Origin: Eledone cirrhosa
Taxonomy: Eukaryota
Direction: 5' to 3'
DNA: 64,000 nt
NCBI GenBank assembly: GCA_964016885.1
Contig: OZ024742.1
Span: 364,126,001 to 364,190,000 of the forward strand
Positions within the stretch are counted from its first letter, which is position 1, and every line of letters starts with the position of its first letter. Under the pieces are notes generated by a model. The model ran no database searches and had not been told where the DNA came from. It saw only the letters and a list, made by a program, of their open reading frames with translations. A program made the translations under genes and the position numbers. Below are positions 1 through 14,448 of the stretch, piece after piece.

Positions 1-36
1 GTGTTTCTTATTGGCAACATGAACCTCCCAAAGTAT

Positions 37-41
<5 letters not shown>
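1..41 (+). mobile_element. 3' terminus of a Penelope-like pseudo-LTR (same family as 21060-21370 and 37401-37624), followed by (TA)n
   Basis: gtgtttcttattggcaacatgaacctcccaaagtataacaa closely matches 21330-21370 and 37576-37623; each copy ends directly in (TA)n. Confidence 0.75.
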
Positions 42-105
<64 letters not shown>

Positions 106-857
106 TGTGATTTTCAGAGACTTGAGAATGAGTACACAATAACGAAGTTGAATATTAAATGTTTTTTGTGATTAAGGAATGTGTCCTGTTATTCTGGAAA
201 TTTACCTCAAGACTCGCCAATCAGCCTCAATAAAGGATACACGGACACTCACACATTAACATACATGTACACACCCACACTCACTCTCACACACGCACAC
301 TCACATGCACGCACACGCATGTACTCACACACTCATACTCACACCCACGCACACTCACACACGCCCACTGACACTCTTAGACTCACACACAGACGCAGAC
401 AATCATACACATATATGTACGATTTTCTTTCTGCATTTTCTTAAATAAAAGAATACAACCTATTCGGCAATTTACTTTAATTTCTCCATATATAATTCCA
501 TAGAGTCAGCAATTTCTTGAGAAACCTATGTAATATTTATTTATGGAAAAAATCCCACTTCTTTTAACATTAAACATTAGCCAGCAGGTATATGAACGCT
601 AACATTAGTGAATTTAAATATGTTTTACATTGCACTGTTTAACCTGAAGGCAGGTATTCTATTACCAAGAAAGGCCGCTGGCATATACCGGTTACACAAT
701 AGTTGAAATGGTTTCTTTATTCATTATGTTTTATCGTTAATGTTGTTTTTCCTCAGTACAATGGCATCCAATACACTTTAGATTTTATTTTATGTTGTAA
801 TAAATTCCACCCAACTTCACATCCTCTTTTCTTTCCTCCTCCATCTCAACCACTCCT

Positions 858-913
<56 letters not shown>

Positions 914-2301
914 GTGTGTGTGGAATTGTGTAAGTGTGTGTCCGATAAAATATATCATACAATTGTGGTATTTACATGCGGTCATTTTCATTCTGTGTTC
1001 AAATTTAATCTATGTAAATTTAATATTTGCTAAATAAATACCATCCTCGATACAATTCTCCACAGCCTCCTCTGATAATTGTAATAGAAATCGATATTGC
1101 AAGAGTGATGCATTCTGCTAAATTAAGAATCCATCCACCCATCCAGAATATTCCTGGAGTGGTAATGTCGTAGTTGTGCCATACAGCGTATCGTTGTTAT
1201 TTAAAACTGGCGGTACATAGATCTCTCTAGACCGGGACACATCCGTGTTCAACATAGGAGAGAGGGTTTTGGAGAAAAATAGAATGAGCGAGGGAAAAGA
1301 AAGGAAATGAGTTAGATCTTGGAAGAGATATACGTGAAGAATCGACCTCCGCATTGAATTAGTACTTTACCGATCACTAATAGATGTAAAGCAATCTTGA
1401 TAGGTGGAAAAAATATCACAAAGTATTTCAGTTAATGTTCTAACGGCACTTTCAATTTGTCTCGTTAAATTTCAGATTTACTTTATGGACCCATAGCTAT
1501 TGTTGAAGTCACTGGCAAGACCTTTTTGAAACCTAGAGTAGCTCATTCCCTTTGCAGCTTGGAAAACAGCCGGTGTCTTCCACCGAATGAGGTGGGATAA
1601 GTAAGAAAGAGACATAGAGGAAAATTGACCAAATAACTGACTAGTACCTATTTATCAGCTTCGTAAGCATGATTTGAACACAGAGAGACGAAATGAATAC
1701 CACAAAAAATATTATTCGACGTCCTAACAGTTCAACCAACGCGTTGCACTAAACTAAAACATACAGTAGAGAAAAGAATATTTTAAACATTTTTTTAATA
1801 AAATTTTCTCTCCAGTCAATAAAGGTAGTGAGTCGTTTTAGCAATGGACAGTTTTTCCACTGATAATATCTTTAAACATCAATTAATTCACCTTTAATTA
1901 AACAAGATATAAATTGCCAATAAACAACCATTAATTCTTAAACTTGAGAAAAAAAACAAAACGAAACAATTATTATGAAGAGCTTCAGCAATTCTATCTA
2001 AAGTTACATTTTCACCACTTTATATATGAGACTTCTTCAGACTAACACACCTACACACATCATCATGAATATTGATAAGATTATATCATTCCAACTAATT
2101 TATTCCAAATCATTAAATGTAACTATATATCAATTTGTTACTTTAGTTCTATAAACACCAGAGATATGTATGTTATCTCTGTACTATCAATATATAAATA
2201 TATTTAGAATACTTAGATTAACCGATAGATATATTATGGCGGAGTGAGTTCGTATCGTTTTCTGGTCAAGAAAGTTGAATTACATCTTTAATGTATAGTT
2301 T

Positions 2302-2498
2302 CTGATTTAGGCACATGGCCCACACTTTTGGGGCAGAGAACGTCGATTAAATCGACCCAGGCACATTACTGGATCTATATTTTATCAATCCTGTAGGGAA
2401 TAAAGGAAAAGCAAACCTCAGTGGTTTGAACTCAAATCGTAAAGTGACGTTGCCACGAAGCATGTTGCCCGACGCTCTACCGATACTGCCAGTCCACC
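2302..2498 (-). mobile_element. tRNA-derived SINE, octopus-type family
   Basis: Minus strand has an A-box-like TGGCAGTATCGG and a B-box-like GAGTTCAAACC; body is homologous to 35693-35902 and 46441-46620. Degenerate relatives lie at about 3240-3330, 3650-3840 and 3870-4040. Confidence 0.75.
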
Positions 2499-4283
2499 AC
2501 ATTAATGATATTTTTCCTACCGTGTGCACTGAAGGAGAGTGAAAGAAATCTCCCCCAAGGATACAACACTTAGTGGGTAATCGAACCTACGAGCTTATAA
2601 TCACGAGTCTTGTACGCACCTTCACTGCCTCACGCCGTCTTTATGATGAACAAAAAAACGGATAATTAAAAAGAGAATAGCTTTATCTTATGACTCAATA
2701 CTTTATATAGAATATCAAATCATCTTTATTTGTTACAACACAATTTACAGATGCTATCATTTCAGCCACACAAACCACGCAGTATATTTACCTTTGCATC
2801 TCGGTACAAATAAACAGTTTTACACAACACAGGTATTCAATACAACCAGATCATAATACAATACAAAAACTACTGTTAACAAAACCAACAAGCCAAACAT
2901 ATAGAACAATAGTTAGATAAAAAATAACAAAGCAATTCCAACCCCATCACTAACTTGCTGTATCAACAACGAACATCATTGCACACAGAAAAACAACAGC
3001 AACACTCTAATATTGAACACACCTGAGCAACATAAAGTTGCACCTGGTGTTGCAATATAAAAACTTAACTGACAAATAACTATCAAAACATATATTACGA
3101 TTAAACAAACCTAAAGCTATTAATACAATTAATGATTTGTTTAATAATAATAATAATAGATTTCTAATTTAAGCAAGGCTGTGAATTGCCAAAATCGTTA
3201 CAAAGATAGATTGCATGGAGATATTCATTCTGGATCTCTCCACCCAACGTTCAAAACACGCCGAACTCAACATTGCCTTTCATCCTTACGAGGTCGATAA
3301 AAATTACCAGTCAAGTGCTGGGGTTGAGTGCTCTTTTATATCGCATCCTCACTTCTATTATATTACTCTCCCTACCCTCTCTCTCTTGCTCGCTCCCCAA
3401 TATCTCTCTCATTCTCTGGAAGATATCAAGTGTACTCAGATTTAGTGAGCATGTGGGCTCCACTAGGTTTAATATGATCAAATCGTGCTGAATATCACTA
3501 CAGCGCCACTACGATTCGATGAATAATTACTGGTCCATACTCACATACAATTTAAGGTCATTGACAGTATTTTGTTTTGAGGTGTATGTGTGTGGGATCT
3601 TTGGCTAACAGTTGTTTTCATAAATACACAATTAATATATTCTTTCTAAAATTAGAAAGGCCAGCAATTTGGATGACGGGGAAACTCAGTTGTATCGATT
3701 CCAGTACTTAAATTGCACATTATTTTTCGACATGGCAAAGACGAATGACAGAATATTTGAACTCAAAACCTCAAAGGCTCTAACTAAATGACGCCAATAT
3801 CTTGAGAAAATTCACTCTTGATTCTGCTAAACATTCACCTTTTTGTAGAATAATTACAATACATTCTGCCATAGGCATAAAGCTAGAAGCTTGGTGAGAG
3901 AAAAGTCGATTAAATCAACCCAGTCTTTTTCTAGACCCTGAAATTATGAAAGACAAATTTCAACTGGACGGGATTGGGATTAAGAACGTAAAGAACCGAA
4001 ATATATACTTCTAGGACACTAACAACTCTACCAAATCACAACCAGCAACTGTTTATGATTTATGTACAGAGATAATATTTCTTTAGTGGGGAGGTGTAAC
4101 AATTTATTTAATCAATCCCAGAAGAATGAGGATCAAAGTTGCCCTCGGTACCTCAAGAGTCAGGACATGATTATGTATTTTCTGCAAATATATAATTCAA
4201 ATATTTTGTATTATTATACTACTGTGTAGATTTTTATATAGCTCTTTCTCTCCATACCTCTCACTCTGTGTGTGTGCCTCCCC

Positions 4284-4314
<31 letters not shown>

Positions 4315-4837
4315 TATATATATAATATATATAAGGAAAGAAATCGAAAATGCAACTGGAATCTTTTTTAGAATATTTATTGGTTTCCTTTACCGGTTTC
4401 ATGGTTCTTATTCTTTTCACGTCTAGAATTGAGATGGAGGGTTTCTGGTTTATCTCGCATACGTATATATTTATTTTATCACCAGCCTGGTCCCATCCGT
4501 TCCAGTATTTTGTTTTTGTTTTGCTGTAGACCAGTAGGGATTTCTGAACTAAATATTTTAAATCTTATATGTTCATTACATCTGATGACATCACCAATTG
4601 TCTTGCGTCTCAGTCTAATTACTTAAGTCGGCTATAGAAATACGTATTTTATAATTGCGAAACACTAAATGATAATTTTGTAATCCAGCCTCCAAATTAA
4701 ATTGATACACACATACACACATATATATGTAGCTACTTACTATACATTCCATTTTGAGGAAGATATAAAGAAATTGTATACAGGCTAGAGTAAACCGCAT
4801 ACGTTCTTCACTTATTAGAGAGAGAGTGAGAGAGAGG

Positions 4838-4905
<68 letters not shown>

Positions 4906-5630
4906 ACTTGAAACATATTTCGAAGTAGTTTTGAAAGCATTGCATTAGTATTAAAATTTAAATGACTTAGAAACGCAGACGATGCTTATGATGAAATGAA
5001 ATATTTTTTTATTCAAATATTCACTATAAAAACCTATTCATTGGTGAATTGAGATAAAATTTCCTTATCACGACGATAGAAATTGTAACGTTTGTTAACA
5101 ACCGAAGAACCTGTGGGTGAGGTTTTATCTTATGAACAAGTCGAAGTCACTCTTAATAAAGAATCTTATGTCGATTCAATAATGAGAATCTTTGTCAAAG
5201 AAATACTACGTTTTATTTCATCATAGACATTTTCTGGGCTTCTAAATCATTTTACACGTTCTAATACATATTGACAATAAAGGTAATCTGTTTAAAGTGA
5301 TGGGAATTCGTGTTTACATGAAGAAATACAATGTTTCACCTTCATATTAACATTTATATTGCTTTGATATTAAAGGTTCGTTCGTGGTATTTCACTGTTT
5401 ACACGAACTTGGTCTGGATATGGTAAACATTAAGACTTTATGACATTCAAAAACACGGACTGTATAGAAATAATTTGATGAATAAATATATGAAACATTT
5501 AGACAGAAAGCGCCACGTAAAATAAAGTATATTGCTCAAAAGTAGAATGTAACACCTGGTCAAGGAAACGACCAGATGACCATATGATAGTGAAATCAAC
5601 ACTCTGAAAACAAAGTCACATACAATCATC

Positions 5631-5890
5631 AGTGGAAGCGCATGGCCTAGTGGTAAGAGGGTTGGAGTTACGATCATAATATCATGGGTTCGATTCCTTG
5701 AGTGAGTTGTATGGGGAAAACAATTTAATTCACGTTTCTCCAGTATACTCAGCTGAAAATGAATACCAGCAATAACTGGTGGTTTAAACCTGCAATAGAC
5801 TGGTATGCTATCTAGGGGGTAGTCTTGACGTCTCAGTCGCTTCAGGCCACGGAAACCATCATATGCACTATCCTAATGAGCTTCGGGACA
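5631..5890 (+). mobile_element. tRNA-derived SINE, second family
   Basis: A box TGGCCTAGTGG (5643) and B box GGTTCGATTCC (5687) at tRNA-like spacing, followed by a non-tRNA body; no complete cloverleaf. Confidence 0.6.
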
Positions 5891-6557
5891 GAATTTAGAC
5901 TTTCATATCACCTGTAAAACGTGTTACATTTAAACCTTAGAACCTCCTCATTCATATCTAGCTGTGACGTAGTAGTTCGGAATCTTACGTTCTCGGGTTC
6001 AATTCTACTATGTGACATGTTGGACATCTACCCTAGGGTTACATAAAGCCGAGTGTAGTCAGTAAAATAGGTAAGTGGAAACTGATTGGAAACTCGTTAA
6101 AGATACCCTGCCTCTTATTAAATGGTCCAGAGTTGCCACATAAAGTTTCACATTTAAAACTTCCTGAAAAGTGCGTTAAGGATTCACGTGTCTGTGATAA
6201 AATCAACCATTTAAATACATGATCAGACTTTTTACTTAAGCAATCATCTACCACCATATTATTGGAACCGACGGAGTTGCCTTCCATTTCATACTTCTAA
6301 ACAAACAAATATAAAACTGCAAATATAGATTTAATGAGAAATCGATATCAATAATTTACAGAAATAATCAAATGTAAACGGGTAAATTCAACGGGTCTTT
6401 CAAAAAGTGATCATTTTACATTTTTCTTCTGAAAATAAATTGCATTTCTATAGATATGCAGGTTTGCGCTGAAGAATTCGCCTTGTAAATATATATTTCC
6501 GGGTTAAATCGCACTGTAAGTATCATTGGAAAAGAGTTTCCGTTTGAATAAAGCTTT

Positions 6558-6675
6558 GTGAGTGCAAGTCGGTATACAGGACTCGCGAATTAATCCATTG
6601 TATATATATATATACAATGGATTAATTTGCGAGTCCTGTATATCGACTTGCACTCACAGGACTCGCGAATTAATC

Positions 6676-6681
<6 letters not shown>
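6558..6681. repeat. Palindrome centred on a short (TA)n, plus a partial direct repeat
   Basis: gtgagtgcaagtcggtatacaggactcgcgaattaatccattg-(TA)n-caatggattaatttgcgagtcctgtatatcgacttgcactcac, then caggactcgcgaattaatccattg again. Confidence 0.9.
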
Positions 6682-6733
<52 letters not shown>

Positions 6734-7125
6734 ATATCATACAGGTGTATGCGAAAAAATGATTTAATAATTCAGCCCACATAATAATAACGATTGCCTG
6801 CTTCAACTGACTGACCCTGCAAGTAACAATCTGACGCACTCTAATCCTGTATAAATAAGACACGCGTGCATGCTACACGTGAGATTGTTTCATACACTGA
6901 CTACTCTAAGCTTTCCTCTTGCTTTATCTTCATAAACTGCCAATGCTTCATTTTTATTTTTATTTTCATTTTTATTTTTATTTTCATCCTTTAACCTTTA
7001 TATGTAAATTGCCATGCTGTATCATTTTGATGGTTGTCATCCCACTGTGGATCACTATGTGCATATGTTTTTATATGTCTCTTGTGTTGAAAAGGAGGTC
7101 AAGTATGTTATAGATCACTAAATAA

Positions 7126-7174
7126 TTGCTCCGAAGAATCCAAACCTCGGTTTGGAGGAAACAATTGTAAGCAA
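7126..7174 (+). ncRNA. Type I minimal hammerhead ribozyme, CCGAAGA core variant
   Basis: ttgct-CCGAAGA-a-tccaaacc-tc-ggtttgga-g-GAAAC-aatt-GTA-agcaa; stems I, II and a palindromic stem III all pair. Confidence 0.65.
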
Positions 7175-7208
7175 ATAAATGATTTAAACTGAACTTTGAT
7201 TATTGTAA

Positions 7209-7263
<55 letters not shown>

Positions 7264-7266
<3 letters not shown>

Positions 7267-9572
7267 AGATGTGCACCTGTCCAAGTCCCAGATTGATTTC
7301 ATTCTGGTGAGGAAAAAGTGGCGGAATAGTTCTGAACACAGAGCCATACAACTATTTCAGTACACTGGGTAGTGACCACCGGCTTGTTATGAGTGAGGTC
7401 CGGGTGAGCTTAAGAAAGAGCAAGGCTCGGCCCCGGAGACCAATCTATGACTGGGGAGCTTTCAAGGAAGATGATAAGCTACAGGACAGGTTCACAGTGG
7501 AGGTGAGAAACAGGTTTAGTGCTCTGTGTGGAGAGACAGAGGAGAGAGAGATTGGATGGACTAAGGAGAGTGTGACGTAAAGGTACGGGCACTTCACCAA
7601 TGCAGTGGCGGAAGCAAGTGAAACCCTGGTGCCGAGGAAAAAGAATAAAGGGAAGCACGTCAGCTCTGCTGACCCAAAAGTGTGTGCAGCCAGAGAACAC
7701 CTGAAAGCTGCCAAGGACCAATTCTATGCTGATCCTACGGAGGAGAGGATGGGGACTGTGGAGGTGATGAGGGAAGAGCTCTGTACCGCTTACACTGAGG
7801 TCAGAAAGGATGAAATGATAGAGAAGATCAGAAGTGTGGAGAGAGCAGTTGATAGATCTGGATGTAAGGAGAGCTGGATGATCATCAACGAGATCACAGG
7901 GAGGAAGAGAAGGTGTTCGAGTCAGATCCAGGGAACGGGGCCCGAGGATAGGAAGAGGAAATGGCTAGACCATTTTAGGACCCTACTAGGAGAGCCACCC
8001 TCCACAGCCCAGAGCACTGGCGAGATCAGGCGGCTGTTTGAGGAACTGGATGTTGAGACAGAGCCATTCACCAGAGAGGAGCTTCAGAGAGCCAAGAAGA
8101 GGATCAAGGAGGGCAAGGCTCATGGAGAAGATGGAGTGGCATCAGAGGTGATGAAGAGGTGTGATTTTGATGATATCATCCTGGGGCTCTGTAACGGGGC
8201 ACTGGAGAAAGGAGTTGCCCCGAATCAGTGGAGGATCAGTAACATCGTCCCAGTGCCAAAGAAGGGAGATCTCTCTAACACCAACAACTACAGGGGGATC
8301 TCACTGACGTCACTTGTAGCAAAGACCCTCAACAGGATGATTCTTAACAGGATCCAGCCTGAGATGGAGAAGAAGCTCAGGGACAACCAGAACGGCTTCA
8401 GAGAGGGTAGATAAACCACCAGTCACATCCTGATGCTGAGGAGGATATTACAGGGGGATAGAGCAAAGACACTTCCTGCTGTTATGGTTTTCATTGACTT
8501 TAGGAAGGCATTTGATTCTGTGGACCGTTGCTGCCTGATGAAGATCTTACAGGCTTATGGAATCCCCAAGAAGATAGTGGACCTGATATCACTGCTCTAC
8601 ACCAACACCAAAACCCAAGTCATTACACCTGATGGGATGACAGAGTTCTTTGAGATACTGGCTGGGGTGCTCCAGGGAGATACATTGGCTCCCTACCTTT
8701 TTATCATCGTAGTGGACTATTGTATGCGCCTTGCACTGGAGAAACACCAGAACTCTGGCTTTACTGCAGCACCGCCTCAGAGCAGGAGAGTTAGGGCGAA
8801 AAAGGTATCGGATGCTGAATTTGCCGACAACATAGTTTTGGTGACAAATACAGTGAAGGAGGCAGAGGATTTGATGCGGGAAGTTGAGACTGTGTCGATG
8901 AGTGTGGGGCTGAGAATGAATGAGACTAAAACAAAATATCTGGTAGAGAATGTTGAGAAGTCAGAGGGGATCACTAATGTAGGCGGGAAGCAGCTGGAAT
9001 TGGTTGAGGGCTTCCTGTATTTGGGAGCAAAGATTGGGAATACGGAAGATGATGTGGTTGAGAGGAAGAGCAAGGCCTGGGCGGCGTGCCACAGGTTGAG
9101 ATCGGTGTGGAAGTCGGACTTTCGTAGAGACCTGAAGGTCCGCCTCTTCATTGCTGTAGTGGAGTCTGTGCTGCTGTATGGGTCTGAGACTTGGACACTG
9201 ACCACGAAACTCACTCAGATGGTGGATGGGTGCTACACGAGAATGCTGAGGATGGCTCTGAACATTAATCAGTATACACTGAGGTTGAAAAACTCAAAGC
9301 TGCATGGGAGCATCCCAAAAGTCAACTGAAAAGTGACACAGAGGAGACTGAGGTTAGCTGGACATGCTTGCCGACATCCAGAGTTGACATTGCACTCAGT
9401 GCTCCTTTGGGAGCCCCTACATGGACACACCAGAAGAGGAAGACCAAGGTTAACGTATGTTGATGCCCTAAGGACAGACACTGGTCTGTTGGAGACGCAG
9501 GACATGGCAGCGATAATGAGGGACAGAGACCGCTGGAGAGAACTCGTCCATGGATCTCGGGAATTTTACTCG

Positions 9573-9575
<3 letters not shown>
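7264..9575 (+). mobile_element. 5'-truncated RTE-clade LINE (end of APE domain plus RT), pseudogenised, inserted in (TA)n
   Basis: APE tail SQIDFILV...GSDHRLV; RT motifs NYRGISL, QNGFREGR, FIDFRKAFDSV, GVLQGDTLAPYLF, FADN; RTE C-terminus ESVLLYGSETW and RRGRPRLTY; in-frame stops at 7578, 8412 and 9327; (TA)n on both sides. Confidence 0.92.
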
Positions 9576-9636
<61 letters not shown>

Positions 9637-9848
9637 GTTTGAATATGTGTAATAAAGCCAAAACAATGCAGATATGGACATAGAAAAAAGAATGCAATTG
9701 TAAAAGATGTTGTTGACAATTCGTCCTTTACCTTGAATTTATTAAAATGTTCTTAATTTTCGAGATAATATCTCTTCTTCGGCTTTATTACACATATTCA
9801 AACGTTTATACCTCATTACACAATGCTTCAAGTGAACTATAACCTCCT

Positions 9849-9890
<42 letters not shown>

Positions 9891-10131
9891 AGAGCTAGCA
9901 AAATGTTTTGCTTCTACATTATATTTCATAGAAATAGAAGTAAATGTATGAATGTGATATGAAAGTAAACACCTTTCCCACCACCATCACATAGTATTTA
10001 TTATTTTCATAGAGAAGTTCTTAACTTCCAAATATCGTGAAATACAAGACATAAGTGTTCACAGTTGTTTTATTATAATTTTCTTTACCAACATGTCTAA
10101 CGTGTATTATGTTTGGGTTTTATATCCCCCC

Positions 10132-10166
<35 letters not shown>

Positions 10167-10305
10167 ATATATAAGATCAAAAGATGGTTAAAAGAGTTCG
10201 ATGTATTTTATTATGCGCATTTCTTCTTATCCGATATCTGCATTGCTTTATTGTACTACAATAAAACTCACCTCCTACATTATATATATATATATATATA
10301 TATAA

Positions 10306-10963
10306 ACAATTAAGTTAAAAATGTACATCCACATATGTATACTGAAATACTAGTATGCATATGAATACACACACGTATACATATGTAGATGTACCGAGTT
10401 TTTCACTGGTCACTTTACTGTGAGTGTCCAGCTATTCTGTATGTAAACACACAGACAAACCGGTTTTTAGAGTCATACTGGTTTTTGAGGAAACACCTTT
10501 CCTCTATTCTCCAGAAAGCCAGACAAGGAATATTGAACTAGTTTCGATGTTGTTATTTGTTTTTATCGTCTCCGTTGAACCGGTACGTACTCATGCTCTA
10601 TGCAAATTAGTCTTCCCACTACTAATTTTCATAGAAAAAGCATATAACGATATGTGCTTTTACGATTCTCTAGAAAGGCCGGAAGATAGGTAAATATTGC
10701 TGATGAGATGTAACAACATCGAAACTAGTTCAATATTCCTTGTCTGGCTTTCTGGAGAATAGAGGAAAGGTGTTCCCTCAAAAACCAGTATGACTCTAAA
10801 AACCGGTTTGTCTGTGTGTTTACATACAGAATAGCTGGACACTAACAGTAAAGTGACCAGTGAAAAACTCGGTACATCTACATATGTATACGTGTGTGTA
10901 TTCATATGCATACTAGTATTTCAGTATACATATGTGGATGTACATTTTTAACTTAATTGTTTA
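10306..10963. mobile_element. Fold-back non-autonomous PLE/retrozyme-like element with ~250-bp inverted arms
   Basis: About 10306-10555 is the reverse complement of about 10711-10963; a hammerhead overlaps the start of the right arm; flanked by TA tracts. Confidence 0.8.
10693..10737 (+). ncRNA. Type I minimal hammerhead ribozyme
   Basis: aatattg-CTGATGA-gatg-taacaa-catc-GAAAC-ta-GTT-caatatt; canonical core, 7-bp stem I. Confidence 0.85.
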
Positions 10964-11025
10964 AGCGTCAGTCATACAAAAGTGAGTTACAAACGAAACG
11001 AAATTTAATTTCGTTTCGTTATTTG

Positions 11026-11138
<113 letters not shown>

Positions 11139-11183
11139 GTATATATAAATATATATATATATATGTATATATATATATGTATA

Positions 11184-11920
<737 letters not shown>

Positions 11921-12165
11921 TGGACATTGGAAATATCCGATCATGAATAAATCAACGAGTTTCGAAATCATCAGGAGACAAACTCAATTGGACAAATATT
12001 TTTTTTAAATGGTCCCCGCCGAAACGAATTCAAAATGGCTAAGAATTGTCACATGGCCAGTGGTCAAGTCAGAAAGCTTGTGATTGGTGCCTGACGGCAA
12101 GTAGGCTGGTTGCTGGAAAGCGCAGCCGACTACTGCCTAAAGTTTTACTAAACCTTACGGGGGTA

Positions 12166-12650
<485 letters not shown>

Positions 12651-12686
12651 GTATAAAATAAAATAAAATAAATAAGTCAAATATTC

Positions 12687-12720
<34 letters not shown>

Positions 12721-13499
12721 TGAGTATATGTTGGTTGTATACCAACACCTCAGTATGCAGATTGGAGCACTCGACGAGGTGCGCAGGTTGGTTTGGTTGC
12801 TCCGGAGTAATGTAAAATAAAATAAAATAAAATAAATAAGTCAAATGTTTAAAATTTGGCTTCGTTTATTACTGTTATATATATTTCGGTGACAGCCATC
12901 TTTGGCTGTGACCTCTTCAGGCAGTCCGAATTAGTGTGGTAGAAACGAGTACACATGTTGTTGAGGTGTATAACTTTGTCAATACTCTGATATGCCCAGT
13001 TCCTGGTTGGGTTGTTATTCCACTGAGGAACTGGAATCATATGATTCCAATTCCTCAGTGGAATAACAACCCAACCAGGAACTGGGCATATCAGAGTATT
13101 GACAAAGTTATACACCTCAACAACATGTGTACTCGTTTCTACCACACTAATTCGGACTGCCTGAAGAAGTCACAGCCATATGATTCCAGTTCTTCAGTGA
13201 AATAACAACCTAACCAGGAACTGGACATATCAGAGTATTGACAAAGTTATACACCTCAACAACAAGTATACTCGTCTCTACCACATTAATTCGGACTGCC
13301 TGAAGAGGTCACAGCCAAAGATGGCTGTCACCGAAATATATATAGCAGTAATAAACGAAGCCAAATTTTAAACATTTGACTTATTTATTTTATTTTATTT
13401 TATTTGACATTACTCCGGAGTAACCAAACTAACCTGCGCACTTCGTCGAGTGCTCCAATCTGCATACTGAGGTGTTGGTATACAACCAACATATACTCA
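12721..13499. mobile_element. Fold-back PLE/retrozyme-like element with partial tandem duplication of the right arm
   Basis: Palindrome centre gaatcatatgattc (13034-13047); left arm 12721-13040; right arm present as a partial copy (13041-13180) then a full copy (13178-13499); within long (TA)n. Confidence 0.85.
13295..13349 (+). ncRNA. Type I hammerhead ribozyme (antisense copy at 12871-12925)
   Basis: actgc-CTGAAGA-ggtcacagcca-aaga-tggctgtcacc-GAAA-tatata-TA-gcagt. Confidence 0.8.
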
Positions 13500-13522
13500 A
13501 AATATATATATGTATATATATA

Positions 13523-13764
<242 letters not shown>

Positions 13765-13895
13765 TTATAAAATGCTTGGACCTACATAATCTTTGAGCTT
13801 ATTTTCCGGGCGATATGGCGCATGCCGTTAAGGCATGACACCCACAATTTCGATTTGGATTAAATTCATTTAATTTATCTTAATTTTGGATATAG

Positions 13896-14016
<121 letters not shown>

Positions 14017-14194
14017 ACATAAACAGAGAAAGCCTTAAGCGATACTCCGACCAACTCCATCTCACTCAACAAACATTAGGATATACCTAAGTATTTTCCC
14101 AATTTAATATTTGGGGTGCTAACTAATCAATATTTCGTGGATAGCTGGTTCTATTATATTATATGATACATTAATAAATAAATATCTCTTTCCT

Positions 14195-14318
14195 TCCAGA
14201 CGGCCGTTTCGTTATAAGATTTCTACAATTTGGGATAAATTATTTCCAGGTTATGTAGAAACTTGTATATAATCCATAGTTTTATACACAAGAGGGCACT
14301 TATAAACTCATCAGTGGA
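14195..14318 (-). ncRNA. Type I hammerhead ribozyme with a long stem II, in a pLTR-like segment (~14012-14448)
   Basis: Minus strand: tcca-CTGATGA-gtttataag...cttataac-GAAAC-ggcc-GTC-tgga; GUC cleavage triplet, palindromic stem III. Confidence 0.7.
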
Positions 14319-14448
14319 TGACCAAATAATATCGATATAAGAATTATATCGACATTAATAGAATGGTGATGGTCTCCCGCAGCGCTAAGAAGAGACTGGT
14401 AGATTAGAAAATCCAGCACTCCTCCCAAAGATAAAATACATATATATA

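Noticed and set aside
5631-5705. tRNA gene
   Set aside because: A/B boxes are present, but there is no intact cloverleaf and it continues into a SINE body
9720-9790. Minus-strand CCGAAGA-agagata-ttatctc-GAAA hammerhead-like motif within a short inverted repeat (9631-9810)
   Set aside because: The stem I partner and UH site are missing; at best a decayed copy
11952-11977. Minus-strand CTGATGA-tttc-GAAAC-tc-GTT motif
   Set aside because: No stem II and only a 2-bp stem I; not supportable as an active hammerhead
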